41,947 nt of DNA from a virus (lineage: Duplodnaviria; Caudoviricetes): the IMG/VR virus record IMGVR_UViG_3300024254_000015, positions 1 to 41,947 of that record, one strand, 5' to 3'. The notes under the pieces were generated by a model. It did not search any database. It was not told where the DNA came from and saw only the letters and a program-made list of their open reading frames with translations. Positions within the stretch are counted from its first letter, which is position 1, and the number at the start of each line of letters is the position of its first letter. Made by a program: the position numbers and the translations under genes. Positions 17,107-25,958 of this stretch are shown piece after piece.

Positions 17107-17241
17107 TTCCCACGTTTGTCGGCATTTGCTATGATTGGTGAGTGCGGACAGGGACTGATCCTCCTTTCCGCCGCTCGGCAGCCATACTCCGCAGGTGGTT
17201 TCCGGCCGGATTACGCACCCACTTTTTGCTGCGGAGCCTTC
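17107..17241 (+). promoter_or_regulatory. Promoter and structured leader of the replication gene
   Basis: TTCCCA, 17 bp, TATGAT with TG extension (17127-17135); CTCCGCAG (17187-94) pairs with CTGCGGAG (17229-36), covering the SD. Confidence 0.5.
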
Positions 17242-17721
17242 ATGTCAATTGCTGCCCTTCAATGGGCGTTTAACCTGATACTCGAAGACCATGCTGAGAA
17301 GGTCGTTTTGCTTGCATTGGCCGACCACTACAACGACCAGAGCGAGTGTTGCTGGCCTTCCATCGCGCGGCTCGAACGGTTCACCGGAGCGAAGAACCGA
17401 ACCATCCAGAGAGCTTTAACACGATTAGTTAAGGCAGGTCATGTGGTTAGGCAGGATAGACCCGGAAAATCCACAGTTTTTGAGCTAGTCATCCACCCCC
17501 GTCAAAATGACACCCCTACCCCGTCAACGCGACGGGGTACCCCCGTCAATATGACACCGCACCCCCGTCAAATTGACGGACGAACCCTCATAGAACCTCA
17601 AGCTAAACCCAAATTGAATCTTCATGAGCGTGGCGCTTCGCGTGACGTGGACGACGCACGCGCCACGCTGAAGACAGTTCTGAGGGACCTTGCCAAGCAA
17701 TCTGTGCGGAGGATGCAATGA
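17242..17721 (+). CDS. Replication initiator (lambda O-like, N-terminal HTH)
   Basis: MSIAALQWAF..EKVVLLALADH..CWPSIARL..RTIQRAL..L; contains internal iterons. Confidence 0.8.
   Translation: MSIAALQWAFNLILEDHAEKVVLLALADHYNDQSECCWPSIARLERFTGAKNRTIQRALTRLVKAGHVVRQDRPGKSTVFELVIHPRQNDTPTPSTRRGTPVNMTPHPRQIDGRTLIEPQAKPKLNLHERGASRDVDDARATLKTVLRDLAKQSVRRMQ
17495..17579. repeat. Four iterons, likely replication origin
   Basis: CCCCGTCAA starts at 17497, 17519, 17541 and 17563 (exact 22-bp period), each GTCAANNNGAC. Confidence 0.85.
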
Positions 17722-18053
17722 TCTTAGATGACGACAAGATCAAAATACTGCCGGTAAAGTTCAGCAAGCCCGCGCCTGACGAGCGGACGCTGCTCCATCC
17801 GCACGAGGTTCAGTCGTCCAAATGTATGCACTATCCCGGACATTTCATTATCGACGCCTCGTTGGCCGAAGTGACTTGCGCAGACTGCAAGGAAAAGCTC
17901 AATCCGATGTGGGTGCTGCAACAACTTGCGGGCCGAGACCGCCGCTTTGCCGAAGCTCATGAAACCTATGCCAAGCAGATGAAGCGTCTGTCTGAGCGCG
18001 AGCGGACGAAATGCGATCACTGCGGCAAGCTGACGAGGATTAGTCGTGGATAA
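17718..18053 (+). CDS. Zinc-binding hypothetical protein
   Basis: C.H..CADC..LNP and CDHCG; ATGA coupling. Confidence 0.65.
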   Translation: MILDDDKIKILPVKFSKPAPDERTLLHPHEVQSSKCMHYPGHFIIDASLAEVTCADCKEKLNPMWVLQQLAGRDRRFAEAHETYAKQMKRLSERERTKCDHCGKLTRISRG

Positions 18054-18174
18054 GCCCACCGCATGTCTGAGGCCGCCGTGGTGGCGCACGTTAGAGCGCA
18101 TCGACCGCGAGAAGAAGCTGCTGCTGTTTAAGTTCGAGGAGAGCTTGAGGCTCGCCAAGGAAGGCAAGAAGTGA
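18046..18174 (+). CDS. 42-aa hypothetical protein
   Basis: GTG start after GAGG; GTGA overlap with the next gene. Confidence 0.4.
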   Translation: MDKPTACLRPPWWRTLERIDREKKLLLFKFEESLRLAKEGKK

Positions 18175-18446
18175 CCGACGAGCTTTTCACCCTTCCACCG
18201 CAATCGCAGCGATCCAAGGATCTTGCGTGGCAGCGGAAACTTGCAAAGGGTGGTTATGCGGCGCGGCCGGGAAGCGGCCCGGAAGGTGAAACCTGCAAGA
18301 CTTGTGAGCATATCGCACGCAAGGAAATGGGCAAGACTTACCTGAAATGCGGACTGATGCAGGCTCAGTGGACCGGAGGACCCGGCACTGACATTCGGGC
18401 ATCCGCGCCTGCCTGTTCTAAGTGGCTCGCCAAGGAGAAGAAATGA
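18171..18446 (+). CDS. Cys-rich hypothetical protein
   Basis: GPEGETCKTCEH..YLKC..DIR..AC. Confidence 0.65.
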   Translation: MTDELFTLPPQSQRSKDLAWQRKLAKGGYAARPGSGPEGETCKTCEHIARKEMGKTYLKCGLMQAQWTGGPGTDIRASAPACSKWLAKEKK

Positions 18447-18640
18447 ACGTCAAGCAAGCCTACGTGCGCAAGCCGGTGATGAAATGGCCCGGTAACAAAA
18501 CAGGGCGGGCGTATCACGTCACGGGGACGATTCCCGTAGCCTTGGAGACGGCACGTACTGCCGAGCGCATCGAGCAGGAAACCGAGGTTCTGAGGGACTT
18601 GTACGCCTTCCTGAAAGCCTCTAGCGAGCGCCTGCCATGA
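18443..18640 (+). CDS. Hypothetical protein
   Basis: AAGGAG RBS; ATGA coupling on both sides. Confidence 0.55.
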   Translation: MNVKQAYVRKPVMKWPGNKTGRAYHVTGTIPVALETARTAERIEQETEVLRDLYAFLKASSERLP

Positions 18641-19887
18641 ACATCCGGGACTTGGCCAAGGCGCGGGTTATCGTCATTGGCGATGCAATGATTGATAGAT
18701 GGGTGTGGGGCCACTACAGCAAGATCGGCCCCGAGGGCGTGCCGGTATTCCTGCAGCACGACGTGGAGGACCGTCCGGGCGGGGCCGCCAACGTGCTGGC
18801 CAATCTGGAAGCGCTGGGCTGCGACGCGCGGCTGTTTGCCAAGCCTCCACAGCAAAGGCCCGTGAAAACGAGATACGCGGTCACTGGCGCGGTTTTCAGG
18901 TCTGACAAGGAAGATTGCTCGCCAATCGACGAAACGCTTGTACGGGGCTATATGGGCTTTCTGGACGCTATCGAGCGGCCACAGGTTCTGGTGATCTCGG
19001 ACTATGCGAAAGGCGTTTGCACACCCAGCCTGTGCCAGAAGCTTATCGGGTGGGCCAAGGCGAAGGGGGTCAAGGTGGTGGTGGACCCCAAGGGGGACGA
19101 CTGGTCGAAATACACGGGGGCAGATGTGATCACGCCCAACGAGGTCGAATACACTGCAGTCGCCGGCAAGGACTGGAACTGCGGCCCAGCCGATCTGGTG
19201 ATGACCCGGGGCGCTGCCGGCATGAGCATTCTACCATTCGATGCCTCGACCGACCCGGCATGGAAGAAAAACTGGATCAACATCCCGGCAACCGCACGTG
19301 AAGTCTACGACGTAACCGGAGCCGGCGATACCGTGGTGGCTGTTCTGGCCGCTTCTCTTGCGGTGGGCTTCGATCTGGAAACCGCTGCCCGCATGGCCAA
19401 CGCGGCGGCCGGGGTGGTGGTGGGCAAGCGCGGCACGGCGACCTGCAGCCTCGAGGAGTTGGAACAAGCCTATCAACCCGAGGCGAAGCGAACCCCTGTC
19501 ATCGGGTTCACCAATGGCTGCTTCGACCTGTTGCATGAGGGCCACCGGCATTTCCTGACAGAATGTATGAATCTATGCGACAGGCTCATTGTGGCGATCA
19601 ATTCGGATGAAAGCGTGCGGGCGCTCAAAGGCTCTGGGCGACCGCGTGACGGCTTCAATGACCGGATCCGCAATGTCGGCGCATGTTTGCGCCTGGATGA
19701 CCAGATTATTGGCTTCAAGGACGAGGCGCATCTTCGCTTCAAGATCGAGGCACATAAGCCGGACTTCATCTTCAAGGGCCAGGAATACGAAACCAAGGAC
19801 GTGGTGGGGGCCGATCTCGCACGGGTGGTTTTGATCCCGATGCTTGAAGGCCATTCCACCACACTAGAGATTGCGAGGCGGGCATGA
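18637..19887 (+). CDS. hldE: Bifunctional heptose-7-phosphate kinase / heptose-1-phosphate nucleotidyltransferase
   Basis: PfkB kinase motifs VIGDAMID, PGGAANV, SDYAKG, VDPKG, TPNEVE, DVTGAGDT; fused HxGH nucleotidyltransferase FTNGCFDLLHEGH, NSDESVRALKG.GRP, GHSTT. Confidence 0.92.
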   Translation: MNIRDLAKARVIVIGDAMIDRWVWGHYSKIGPEGVPVFLQHDVEDRPGGAANVLANLEALGCDARLFAKPPQQRPVKTRYAVTGAVFRSDKEDCSPIDETLVRGYMGFLDAIERPQVLVISDYAKGVCTPSLCQKLIGWAKAKGVKVVVDPKGDDWSKYTGADVITPNEVEYTAVAGKDWNCGPADLVMTRGAAGMSILPFDASTDPAWKKNWINIPATAREVYDVTGAGDTVVAVLAASLAVGFDLETAARMANAAAGVVVGKRGTATCSLEELEQAYQPEAKRTPVIGFTNGCFDLLHEGHRHFLTECMNLCDRLIVAINSDESVRALKGSGRPRDGFNDRIRNVGACLRLDDQIIGFKDEAHLRFKIEAHKPDFIFKGQEYETKDVVGADLARVVLIPMLEGHSTTLEIARRA

Positions 19888-20387
19888 GTTACGCGGAAAA
19901 CGGCTGGGAGATTGTCGGGGGCTGGCATAGTCCCGCCGCCTGTGATTGCCTAGTAGAGGCGGCCGGTGACGCCGAGCGCCTGACCCATCCCCACCGAGAC
20001 AACCCATCCTTTATGGATGCGTTGCGGTTCAATGCCAAACTAGCGCGGCGTCATCTCGGGCCGGATGTGTCGGGACTTGGCAGCTATTATTTCAGCCAAT
20101 CAGCAGGATACGCCACGCACGCGGATAACGATTTCGTGCAGGCCATTCCCGGCAGTTTCCTCACAGTCTGGCTGGCTCTCGCTGATACCGGCAACGGCAA
20201 CGGCGGGCTGGTGATCGACCGGCAGTTGATGGTGGTTCCCAAGGGTTCGGCCATCATTCTGGATGGGGATGTGCCGCATCGTTCCTGCTCGGGATTCGGT
20301 CCCCGTCCGGTGTGTGTGCTGACCTACATCAAGAAGGGCTTTCCGTTCCGGGCGGGACGCGAGGAACGGGTAGAGGTGCCGCTGTGA
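19884..20387 (+). CDS. PhyH-like Fe(II)/2-oxoglutarate dioxygenase
   Basis: HAD..TVWLAL.D...NGGL..HRS..R (HxD...H facial triad). Confidence 0.8.
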   Translation: MSYAENGWEIVGGWHSPAACDCLVEAAGDAERLTHPHRDNPSFMDALRFNAKLARRHLGPDVSGLGSYYFSQSAGYATHADNDFVQAIPGSFLTVWLALADTGNGNGGLVIDRQLMVVPKGSAIILDGDVPHRSCSGFGPRPVCVLTYIKKGFPFRAGREERVEVPL

Positions 20388-21121
20388 CCTTTGATGGCCG
20401 CACGCCTTTCCCCGAAGACAATCTAATTAACAACGCGATTGATGACGCGCTTGAGGGCATCAGCGGCAGCAATGCCATGCAGGCCTTCCCGATCTATGCA
20501 AGGCGTATCCATCTCAAGCGGTTTCTGGCGCATTACGAACTATTCCAGAAGGTGATCGACCTGCCGGGCGACATCGTGGAGTTGGGCGTCTTCAATGGCG
20601 CATCGCTGATGAGTTGGGCGAACTTCCTCGAGATCCGCTGCATGGGCGACCGGCAGCGCAGGGTATGGGGCTTTGATGGCTTCACTGGTCTGTCCGCGCT
20701 TGTCCCGGAAGATGGCGCGGCGAGCCCGAAGGTCGGCAAGATGATCGGCGGATATGGAGGAGACGAGGCGGCCTTGCGCGATGCCATTTCAATCTTCGAT
20801 GCTGATCGATTCATTCCCTACAAGGCGCGAGTGCAACTTGTGAAGGGCGACATTTGTGAGACTGTCCCGCAATGGGTGCAATACAATCCCGGCGTGCGCA
20901 TCTCGCTGCTGCATTGCGATTGCGACCTCTACAAGCCGACGCTGACGGCCCTGCAGCATCTGTGGCCGCTGGTGGTCTCCGGTGGGGTGATCGCGTTCGA
21001 TGAATACGGCATCCCGCCATGGGAGGGTGAAGCGAAGGCAGTAGACGAGTTCTTCGAGAACGCACCTCTGCAACGCTTTACGTGGTCGAGCAATCCCGGC
21101 GGCTATCTGGTGAAGCCATGA
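20384..21121 (+). CDS. TylF/MycF-type SAM-dependent O-methyltransferase
   Basis: PGDIVELGVFNGAS, WGFDGFTGL, LVKG, LLHCDCDLY, GGVIAFDEY; GTG start in GTGA overlap. Confidence 0.85.
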   Translation: MTFDGRTPFPEDNLINNAIDDALEGISGSNAMQAFPIYARRIHLKRFLAHYELFQKVIDLPGDIVELGVFNGASLMSWANFLEIRCMGDRQRRVWGFDGFTGLSALVPEDGAASPKVGKMIGGYGGDEAALRDAISIFDADRFIPYKARVQLVKGDICETVPQWVQYNPGVRISLLHCDCDLYKPTLTALQHLWPLVVSGGVIAFDEYGIPPWEGEAKAVDEFFENAPLQRFTWSSNPGGYLVKP

Positions 21122-21864
21122 AGGAGTGGTTCAGCGAGCAGCCCTTGGGCTTCGTGGACATCGGCGCACGTGGGGGTGTGCATCCGCTGGTCGCTCCATT
21201 GGGAGATTGCGTCAGCGTGCTGGGCTTTGAGCCGGACAAGCAGGCCGCCAAGGAATCCGGCGTGAATTGCTTTCCATTCGCGCTCTCCAATAAGCCGGGA
21301 CGAGTTACGCTTTGGCACTGTGCGGCACCCACCAACGATTCATTGCGGCCGATCAATCAGCAATTTGTGGATCGTTATCGAATGGTGAAGTTTGCCCAGA
21401 CCGGCAGCGAGGAAATCCATGCGGCGACGCTGGATATGACGATGGAAATAATACCGTGGCAAGGCGAGTTCCTCAAACTGGATACGCAGGGCACTGAGTA
21501 TGAAATCCTCGAAGGTGCAACGCGGACATTGAGAGACCGCACGGCAGCAATCTACTGCGAGGTCGAGTTCGCGCAGATCTATGAAGGCCAGAAACTGTTC
21601 AGCGACGTAGAGCATCTTCTGCGCCGCTTCGGCTTCTCGTTCATCGGCTTCGACAACATGAGCTACCGCTCCCGCTGGCGGATGGGACGCGAGCGGTTGC
21701 TTCATGCGGATGCGCTGTTCATCAAGGACCCACTCGAGCAGACGATAAGCCACCGGCAGGCCCAGGTAGCGGCGATGGCGTGCAGGCTGTGTGGTTATGA
21801 CGATCTCTACCGCGAGATTGTCGAGATGCTTTATCCCGAACCTGTCCCCGTGGAGGCGATGTGA
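21118..21864 (+). CDS. FkbM-family methyltransferase
   Basis: VDIGARGG, GFEPD, LKLDTQGTEYEILEGA, EVEF..YEGQ.LF, DALF. Confidence 0.85.
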   Translation: MKEWFSEQPLGFVDIGARGGVHPLVAPLGDCVSVLGFEPDKQAAKESGVNCFPFALSNKPGRVTLWHCAAPTNDSLRPINQQFVDRYRMVKFAQTGSEEIHAATLDMTMEIIPWQGEFLKLDTQGTEYEILEGATRTLRDRTAAIYCEVEFAQIYEGQKLFSDVEHLLRRFGFSFIGFDNMSYRSRWRMGRERLLHADALFIKDPLEQTISHRQAQVAAMACRLCGYDDLYREIVEMLYPEPVPVEAM

Positions 21865-22685
21865 TCTACCAAGAAGCCTTGGATCTGGTGAGCAACACGC
21901 CAGACGATACCGCGAAGTCCGAGCTATGGACCAACAACAACAATGGAACCGTTGCAGCGCGTCAGAACTACGACAACTGCCGGGACTTCATCGGCTGGCT
22001 GACCAGCGTGGATTGCTTCACCGCTCCTCATCCGTTCAACGACTCGGCGCAGGCCAATACGATTGATAGCTGGTTGAAGGTTCTGAAGGACATTTCGGTG
22101 GAGGAGTCGCCCCATGCGGCCCCGAGCGGGATCGTCGTTAGGGATGGCAAGCGCCTGTCAACGCAGCTTCTCCTTCACACCTACTATGCCGAGCAGATCG
22201 ACACGATAAAGCCGATGCGCATCCTAGAAATCGGGGCAGGCTTCGGGGGCTTGGCGCGCATCCTCAATACCAAGATGCAACGTCAGTACACCATCCTGGA
22301 TATTCCCGGCTCGCTGTTCTGCAGCTACGTCTACCTCCGCACGCATTTCCCTAACAAGATTTTCGTGTGGGCTAGAGATGCAGCCGACCTCGACGCTCCC
22401 GCCGACTTTCGCTTCGTGCCGGCTCATCTATGGCCCGACCTGAAAAGCCATCGTTTCGACATCGCGGTGAATACCTGCAGCCTTGGAGAGATGCTGCCCG
22501 AGACGGTGGCCGATTACCTCTCTCTGATCGGAGACACCTGCGAGTATTTCTACAGCCATAATCGCACGGCTGCGGTAGCGAGCCATGGAGAGACGCTGAT
22601 CGACATCATTGGTGGCCACGGGCAGATCGACCCCTTGATGCCGCCGTCGCATGAATTGCTGGTGAAGATCGAGCGCAGGCTATGA
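21861..22685 (+). CDS. Putative sugar O-methyltransferase (class I SAM-dependent)
   Basis: RILEIGAGFGGLA, YTILDIP, FDIAVNTCSLGEM. Confidence 0.75.
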   Translation: MIYQEALDLVSNTPDDTAKSELWTNNNNGTVAARQNYDNCRDFIGWLTSVDCFTAPHPFNDSAQANTIDSWLKVLKDISVEESPHAAPSGIVVRDGKRLSTQLLLHTYYAEQIDTIKPMRILEIGAGFGGLARILNTKMQRQYTILDIPGSLFCSYVYLRTHFPNKIFVWARDAADLDAPADFRFVPAHLWPDLKSHRFDIAVNTCSLGEMLPETVADYLSLIGDTCEYFYSHNRTAAVASHGETLIDIIGGHGQIDPLMPPSHELLVKIERRL

Positions 22686-23428
22686 CGCGCGCTCTAATCG
22701 CATGTCAGACTCACCTCCGAACGGCAGACGAGCAGAAGCTGTTAAAAGTCTGGGAAGCGATGCGGCTGACCGACCGATGCGACTTGCTGATTGTCGATAA
22801 CGCCAGCCCTCTACCGATCGAGCTTGCCCAGCCCTTCTGGGATTCCAAGCGGATTATGGATGACGATCACATTCCTCAAACGACAAAGAGCCTGACCATT
22901 GCACGTTTCAAGGATGCGTTGGGCCATCCGTTCCATGATGGGGTGTTGCAGCGTTCAGGATCGGACCGCGGCTTTATCAAGATGCTGGAGATTGCCATTG
23001 CCTCCAACTACGACAAGTTCGCCTATGTCGAAATGGATGTGCTGTTCGCGCTTTCGGTAAAGAGCATCTTTGAGCGCATGACCAAGCCGTGTGCCTGCGG
23101 GCCTCTCGTAACCCACGGGAAGTTCCCTGAAACCGGCCTGCTGTTCCTTGATGTTGAACATATCTGGAAGACCGACTTTATCGCCAAATACAACTGGAAG
23201 GGCTCAGTTATTCCCGAGGGTGAAAAGCGGCTTTGGAATATCCTCGGTGATAGCCTCGAGCTTTTACCACTGAAGGGCAGGCGGGATGGCGCTTCGATGA
23301 TGCCGGGGGAACTGCCGGAGATCTGGCCGGACGGGATAGACTTCATAACGCATTGCACCATGCCGGTGTTTGCCGACTTCCTGCGCTATCACAACAAACC
23401 AGAACTGGCGGAGATCCTATGCAACTGA
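22682..23428 (+). CDS. GT-A-fold glycosyltransferase-like protein
   Basis: LLIVDNASP, YVEMDVLF (DxD-like), ETGLLF; cluster context. Confidence 0.55.
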   Translation: MTRALIACQTHLRTADEQKLLKVWEAMRLTDRCDLLIVDNASPLPIELAQPFWDSKRIMDDDHIPQTTKSLTIARFKDALGHPFHDGVLQRSGSDRGFIKMLEIAIASNYDKFAYVEMDVLFALSVKSIFERMTKPCACGPLVTHGKFPETGLLFLDVEHIWKTDFIAKYNWKGSVIPEGEKRLWNILGDSLELLPLKGRRDGASMMPGELPEIWPDGIDFITHCTMPVFADFLRYHNKPELAEILCN

Positions 23429-24663
23429 ACGTCAACGAATGGAACGTCATAGGGGCCAGGTGCCATGAGGCAGCGCAGTTCCAGGGGGCGATCCATAATT
23501 TCAGGAAGGCGCTCGAGCTTGACCCCAACCGCCACGACATCCGCTGCAACCTCGCGGATAATCTCCGCCGCATCTGGGAATTCGACGAGGCTCTAGTCGA
23601 ACTGAACCATGCCTGCCGTCACGGCATGTTCGATAAGGCGCAGTTTATCTTCGGTTGCCTCTACCTCGACATGGGGCTCCCGGAAAAGGCGCTGCATTAC
23701 TTTGATCGCAGGATCTGCATAACGCCTTATGCGAGGGATTGCCGGGGACAGGCGATGCTGTCGGCCCAGCGGTGGAAGGAAGGCTTTGAGCTAAGGGAAG
23801 CGCGGCTCGAGATGACTGACTGGGGCACGCCTCCCATGCCGATCTGGAAAGGCGAACCGCTGGAAGGCAAGCGGGTGGCCATCCATCACGAGCAGGGTTA
23901 TGGCGATGCGATTGCGCATAGTCGGTGGATCAATCACTTGCCGGCAGATCAGGTCTGCGTCGGTATGCCGAGCGCGCTGGTGAAGCTGTTCGCGGCCTCG
24001 TTTGAATGCCCTGTCTACAATACGAACGAACCGCTGCCGCAGTGCGATTATTATCTTCCCATCATGAGCCTGCCGCATCGTCTTTCAATCAGCGAAATGA
24101 CGTTCGACAAGCCCTATATCAACCCGCTGGGCAAGTTCGACTGCCCGGCGGACCCTGACACCAGACTGAAGGTCGGTTTGGTCTGGCGGTCAAAATCTGG
24201 CATTGTAGATACCTCTCAACCTAACGCAGGCATCCATGGCCTGCAGAAGTCCATCCCGCTTGAGCAGCTATTGCCCTTGGGAGATATTCCCGGTGTGACG
24301 CTCTACAGCCTGCAGGCGGGTGGCACGCAGGAGATCGAACGCATTGGGGCGCAGTATTTGCTCTATGATCTCGCCGCCCGGACCATGGACTTCAATGACC
24401 TTGCATTGTTCATGAAGGAAATGGACCTGATCGTGAGCGTTGATACGGCTCCACTTCACTTGGCAGGAGCGATGGGCCTGGATTGCGTGGGGCTACTGTC
24501 CTGCCGAGGAGGCTGGCCCTATCCCGGTCTGGGTGACGAAACCCCGTGGTATCCGTCGATGACCTTGCTGCGGCAGCCGACGCCGCATGACTGGGGCAGC
24601 GTGGTGAAAGAACTTTGCACGCTGTTGGATGATGAACTGGTTGAGAAGGTAGCGGCGGAATAG
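23419..24663 (+). CDS. TPR-repeat + GT9-like (heptosyltransferase-type, GT-B) glycosyltransferase
   Basis: FRKALELDP TPR; EQGYGD, PIMSLP, KVGLVW, YSLQ, DLIVSVDTAPLHLAGAMG, WYPSM.L.RQ..W. Confidence 0.85.
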   Translation: MQLNVNEWNVIGARCHEAAQFQGAIHNFRKALELDPNRHDIRCNLADNLRRIWEFDEALVELNHACRHGMFDKAQFIFGCLYLDMGLPEKALHYFDRRICITPYARDCRGQAMLSAQRWKEGFELREARLEMTDWGTPPMPIWKGEPLEGKRVAIHHEQGYGDAIAHSRWINHLPADQVCVGMPSALVKLFAASFECPVYNTNEPLPQCDYYLPIMSLPHRLSISEMTFDKPYINPLGKFDCPADPDTRLKVGLVWRSKSGIVDTSQPNAGIHGLQKSIPLEQLLPLGDIPGVTLYSLQAGGTQEIERIGAQYLLYDLAARTMDFNDLALFMKEMDLIVSVDTAPLHLAGAMGLDCVGLLSCRGGWPYPGLGDETPWYPSMTLLRQPTPHDWGSVVKELCTLLDDELVEKVAAE

Positions 24664-24664
24664 G

Positions 24665-24910
24665 CTAGGCGGCGAGTTCGCGAAGGTCTTTGTCCTCGGC
24701 ATCGACGATCATGCACATGGAGTAGGAACCGAAGGGCTTGAATTGCTCGCAGCCATTGTACTCGGACAGGCGGCGGGTGACGATTTCGTTGCGGACGGCA
24801 ACCTTCACTGACTTGGCTGTGCGTGCCAGAATAGTGAAATGGGCGATTGAATCGTAATTGGTGATGAAGCGGGCGCTATAGGTTTGGCCGACTTTGAATT
24901 GCGTGGTCAT
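24665..24910 (-). CDS. Hypothetical protein (inverted cassette)
   Basis: MTTQFKVGQTY..ARTAKSV; AAGG RBS; converges on the GT9-like gene. Confidence 0.65.
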   Translation of the reverse strand: MTTQFKVGQTYSARFITNYDSIAHFTILARTAKSVKVAVRNEIVTRRLSEYNGCEQFKPFGSYSMCMIVDAEDKDLRELAA

Positions 24911-24942
24911 TTTGGTTTGCCTTTCGATGTTAGCGTGAGAGA

Positions 24943-25191
24943 CTAGAAACAGATATTGCAGGTGCAGTGAGGATGTTTGCCGCTCTCACAGCGATTGCTG
25001 GCAAAATGCGACGGCATCATGGGACTGTTGCGATGCTTGTCACAGAAGGCGCATTGACCTTTCGGCAGCGCGCGGCGGGCGTTAGCCTCAAAGGCAGCAT
25101 CGGCTCTAGCCTTATCCGCGCGACTCTCAATGCGAGAATTGAAAGCGTCGAGGATCTGGCCGAATGTCGGGTGGATATGATCGTTTGCCAT
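24943..25191 (-). CDS. Cys/His-rich hypothetical protein
   Basis: Start at MANDHIHP; CAFC..PSH..CESG..HCTCNICF. Confidence 0.6.
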   Translation of the reverse strand: MANDHIHPTFGQILDAFNSRIESRADKARADAAFEANARRALPKGQCAFCDKHRNSPMMPSHFASNRCESGKHPHCTCNICF

Positions 25192-25192
25192 G

Positions 25193-25492
25193 TTAGGCGG
25201 CCTTTTGAGAGAGGAGGGAGACAAGCTCGCTTGCGGCCTGTTCGGCAGCTTCGACGCGGAAGCAGTCACGGCGGCTGATGGTAACGCGATGGTTTTCCTT
25301 GCCATCATGGTAGGATGCGGAGATGTGCCAGAGGCGACGTTTGCCGTTCTTGCGGTTCGTGGCGCGATGGCCGTTCTCGTCAGCGGTAGCGAGGAAAGAG
25401 ACCCAGCAATCCTTGCCAGCGATCTTGACCCATCCACCAGCAACGCTAACGCCCATGCCGATGTTGGAGAAGTCTTTGCGAATGTCGAGCAT
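25193..25492 (-). CDS. Hypothetical protein
   Basis: GGAGG RBS; 99 aa. Confidence 0.55.
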   Translation of the reverse strand: MLDIRKDFSNIGMGVSVAGGWVKIAGKDCWVSFLATADENGHRATNRKNGKRRLWHISASYHDGKENHRVTISRRDCFRVEAAEQAASELVSLLSQKAA

Positions 25493-25504
25493 TGAAGCCT
25501 CCGA

Positions 25505-25630
25505 TTAGCGGTTATCGCCAGAGCGGTCGAAGTAACCGCTGACGAGGCCGAGAAGGCCAAGGAGGATGAAGAAGGGAGAAACGCCGATGGCGAGAGCGGC
25601 GGCGAGGTCGAGGTATTCGGCTGCGGTCAT
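25505..25630 (-). CDS. 41-aa membrane peptide, first gene of the inverted cassette
   Basis: AAGGGG RBS; single TM. Confidence 0.55.
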   Translation of the reverse strand: MTAAEYLDLAAALAIGVSPFFILLGLLGLVSGYFDRSGDNR

Positions 25631-25652
25631 TGTGTTTCCCCTTAGGCGTTTC

Positions 25653-25762
25653 GATATCCTGAAGATAGGCCAAGCTATCCGGGATAGCAAGAGATATCTT
25701 AGGTAATATTATTGCTATTATTAGCCGTTGATATCCCAGTATTAGGCACGTATATTGCCGAC
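25653..25762. promoter_or_regulatory. Divergent promoters with GATATC/GCTATC repeats (putative RHH operators)
   Basis: + TTGATA 25728, 17 bp, TATATT 25751, ATG 6 nt later; - TTGCTA 25690, 17 bp, TATCTT 25667; GATATC x3 and GCTATCCGGGATAGC near-palindrome; AT-rich. Confidence 0.65.
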
Positions 25763-25912
25763 ATGGAAAAGGCCAAGGACATCATCGTTAAGCAGGTCGA
25801 GCCGGCATTGCTCGCGAAGCTGGAATTGCTGCGGGCAAAGCGGGGCTATCGTTCGCGCGCTGAGCTGATCCGCAATCTGCTCGAGGAAGCCGCGAAGGCT
25901 GCAGCACCTTGA
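25763..25912 (+). CDS. CopG/ribbon-helix-helix transcriptional regulator (leaderless)
   Basis: IIVKQVEPALLAKLELL..RGYRSRAELIRNLL. Confidence 0.75.
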   Translation: MEKAKDIIVKQVEPALLAKLELLRAKRGYRSRAELIRNLLEEAAKAAAP

Positions 25913-25958
25913 GGCTATGCGGGCGTTTACCCACTGACCTAAACCAAAGGAGGGTCAG

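Noticed and set aside
17495-17579. Regularly spaced repeats as a mini CRISPR array
   Set aside because: Units are only 22 bp in total, lie inside a coding region, have no spacers of CRISPR length and no cas genes nearby
18637-24663. Host LPS locus mis-assembled into the phage
   Set aside because: The cluster is ATGA-coupled to the phage gene upstream and internally, the genes are compact, and it is flanked by phage genes in a closed circle; read-level confirmation is still advisable
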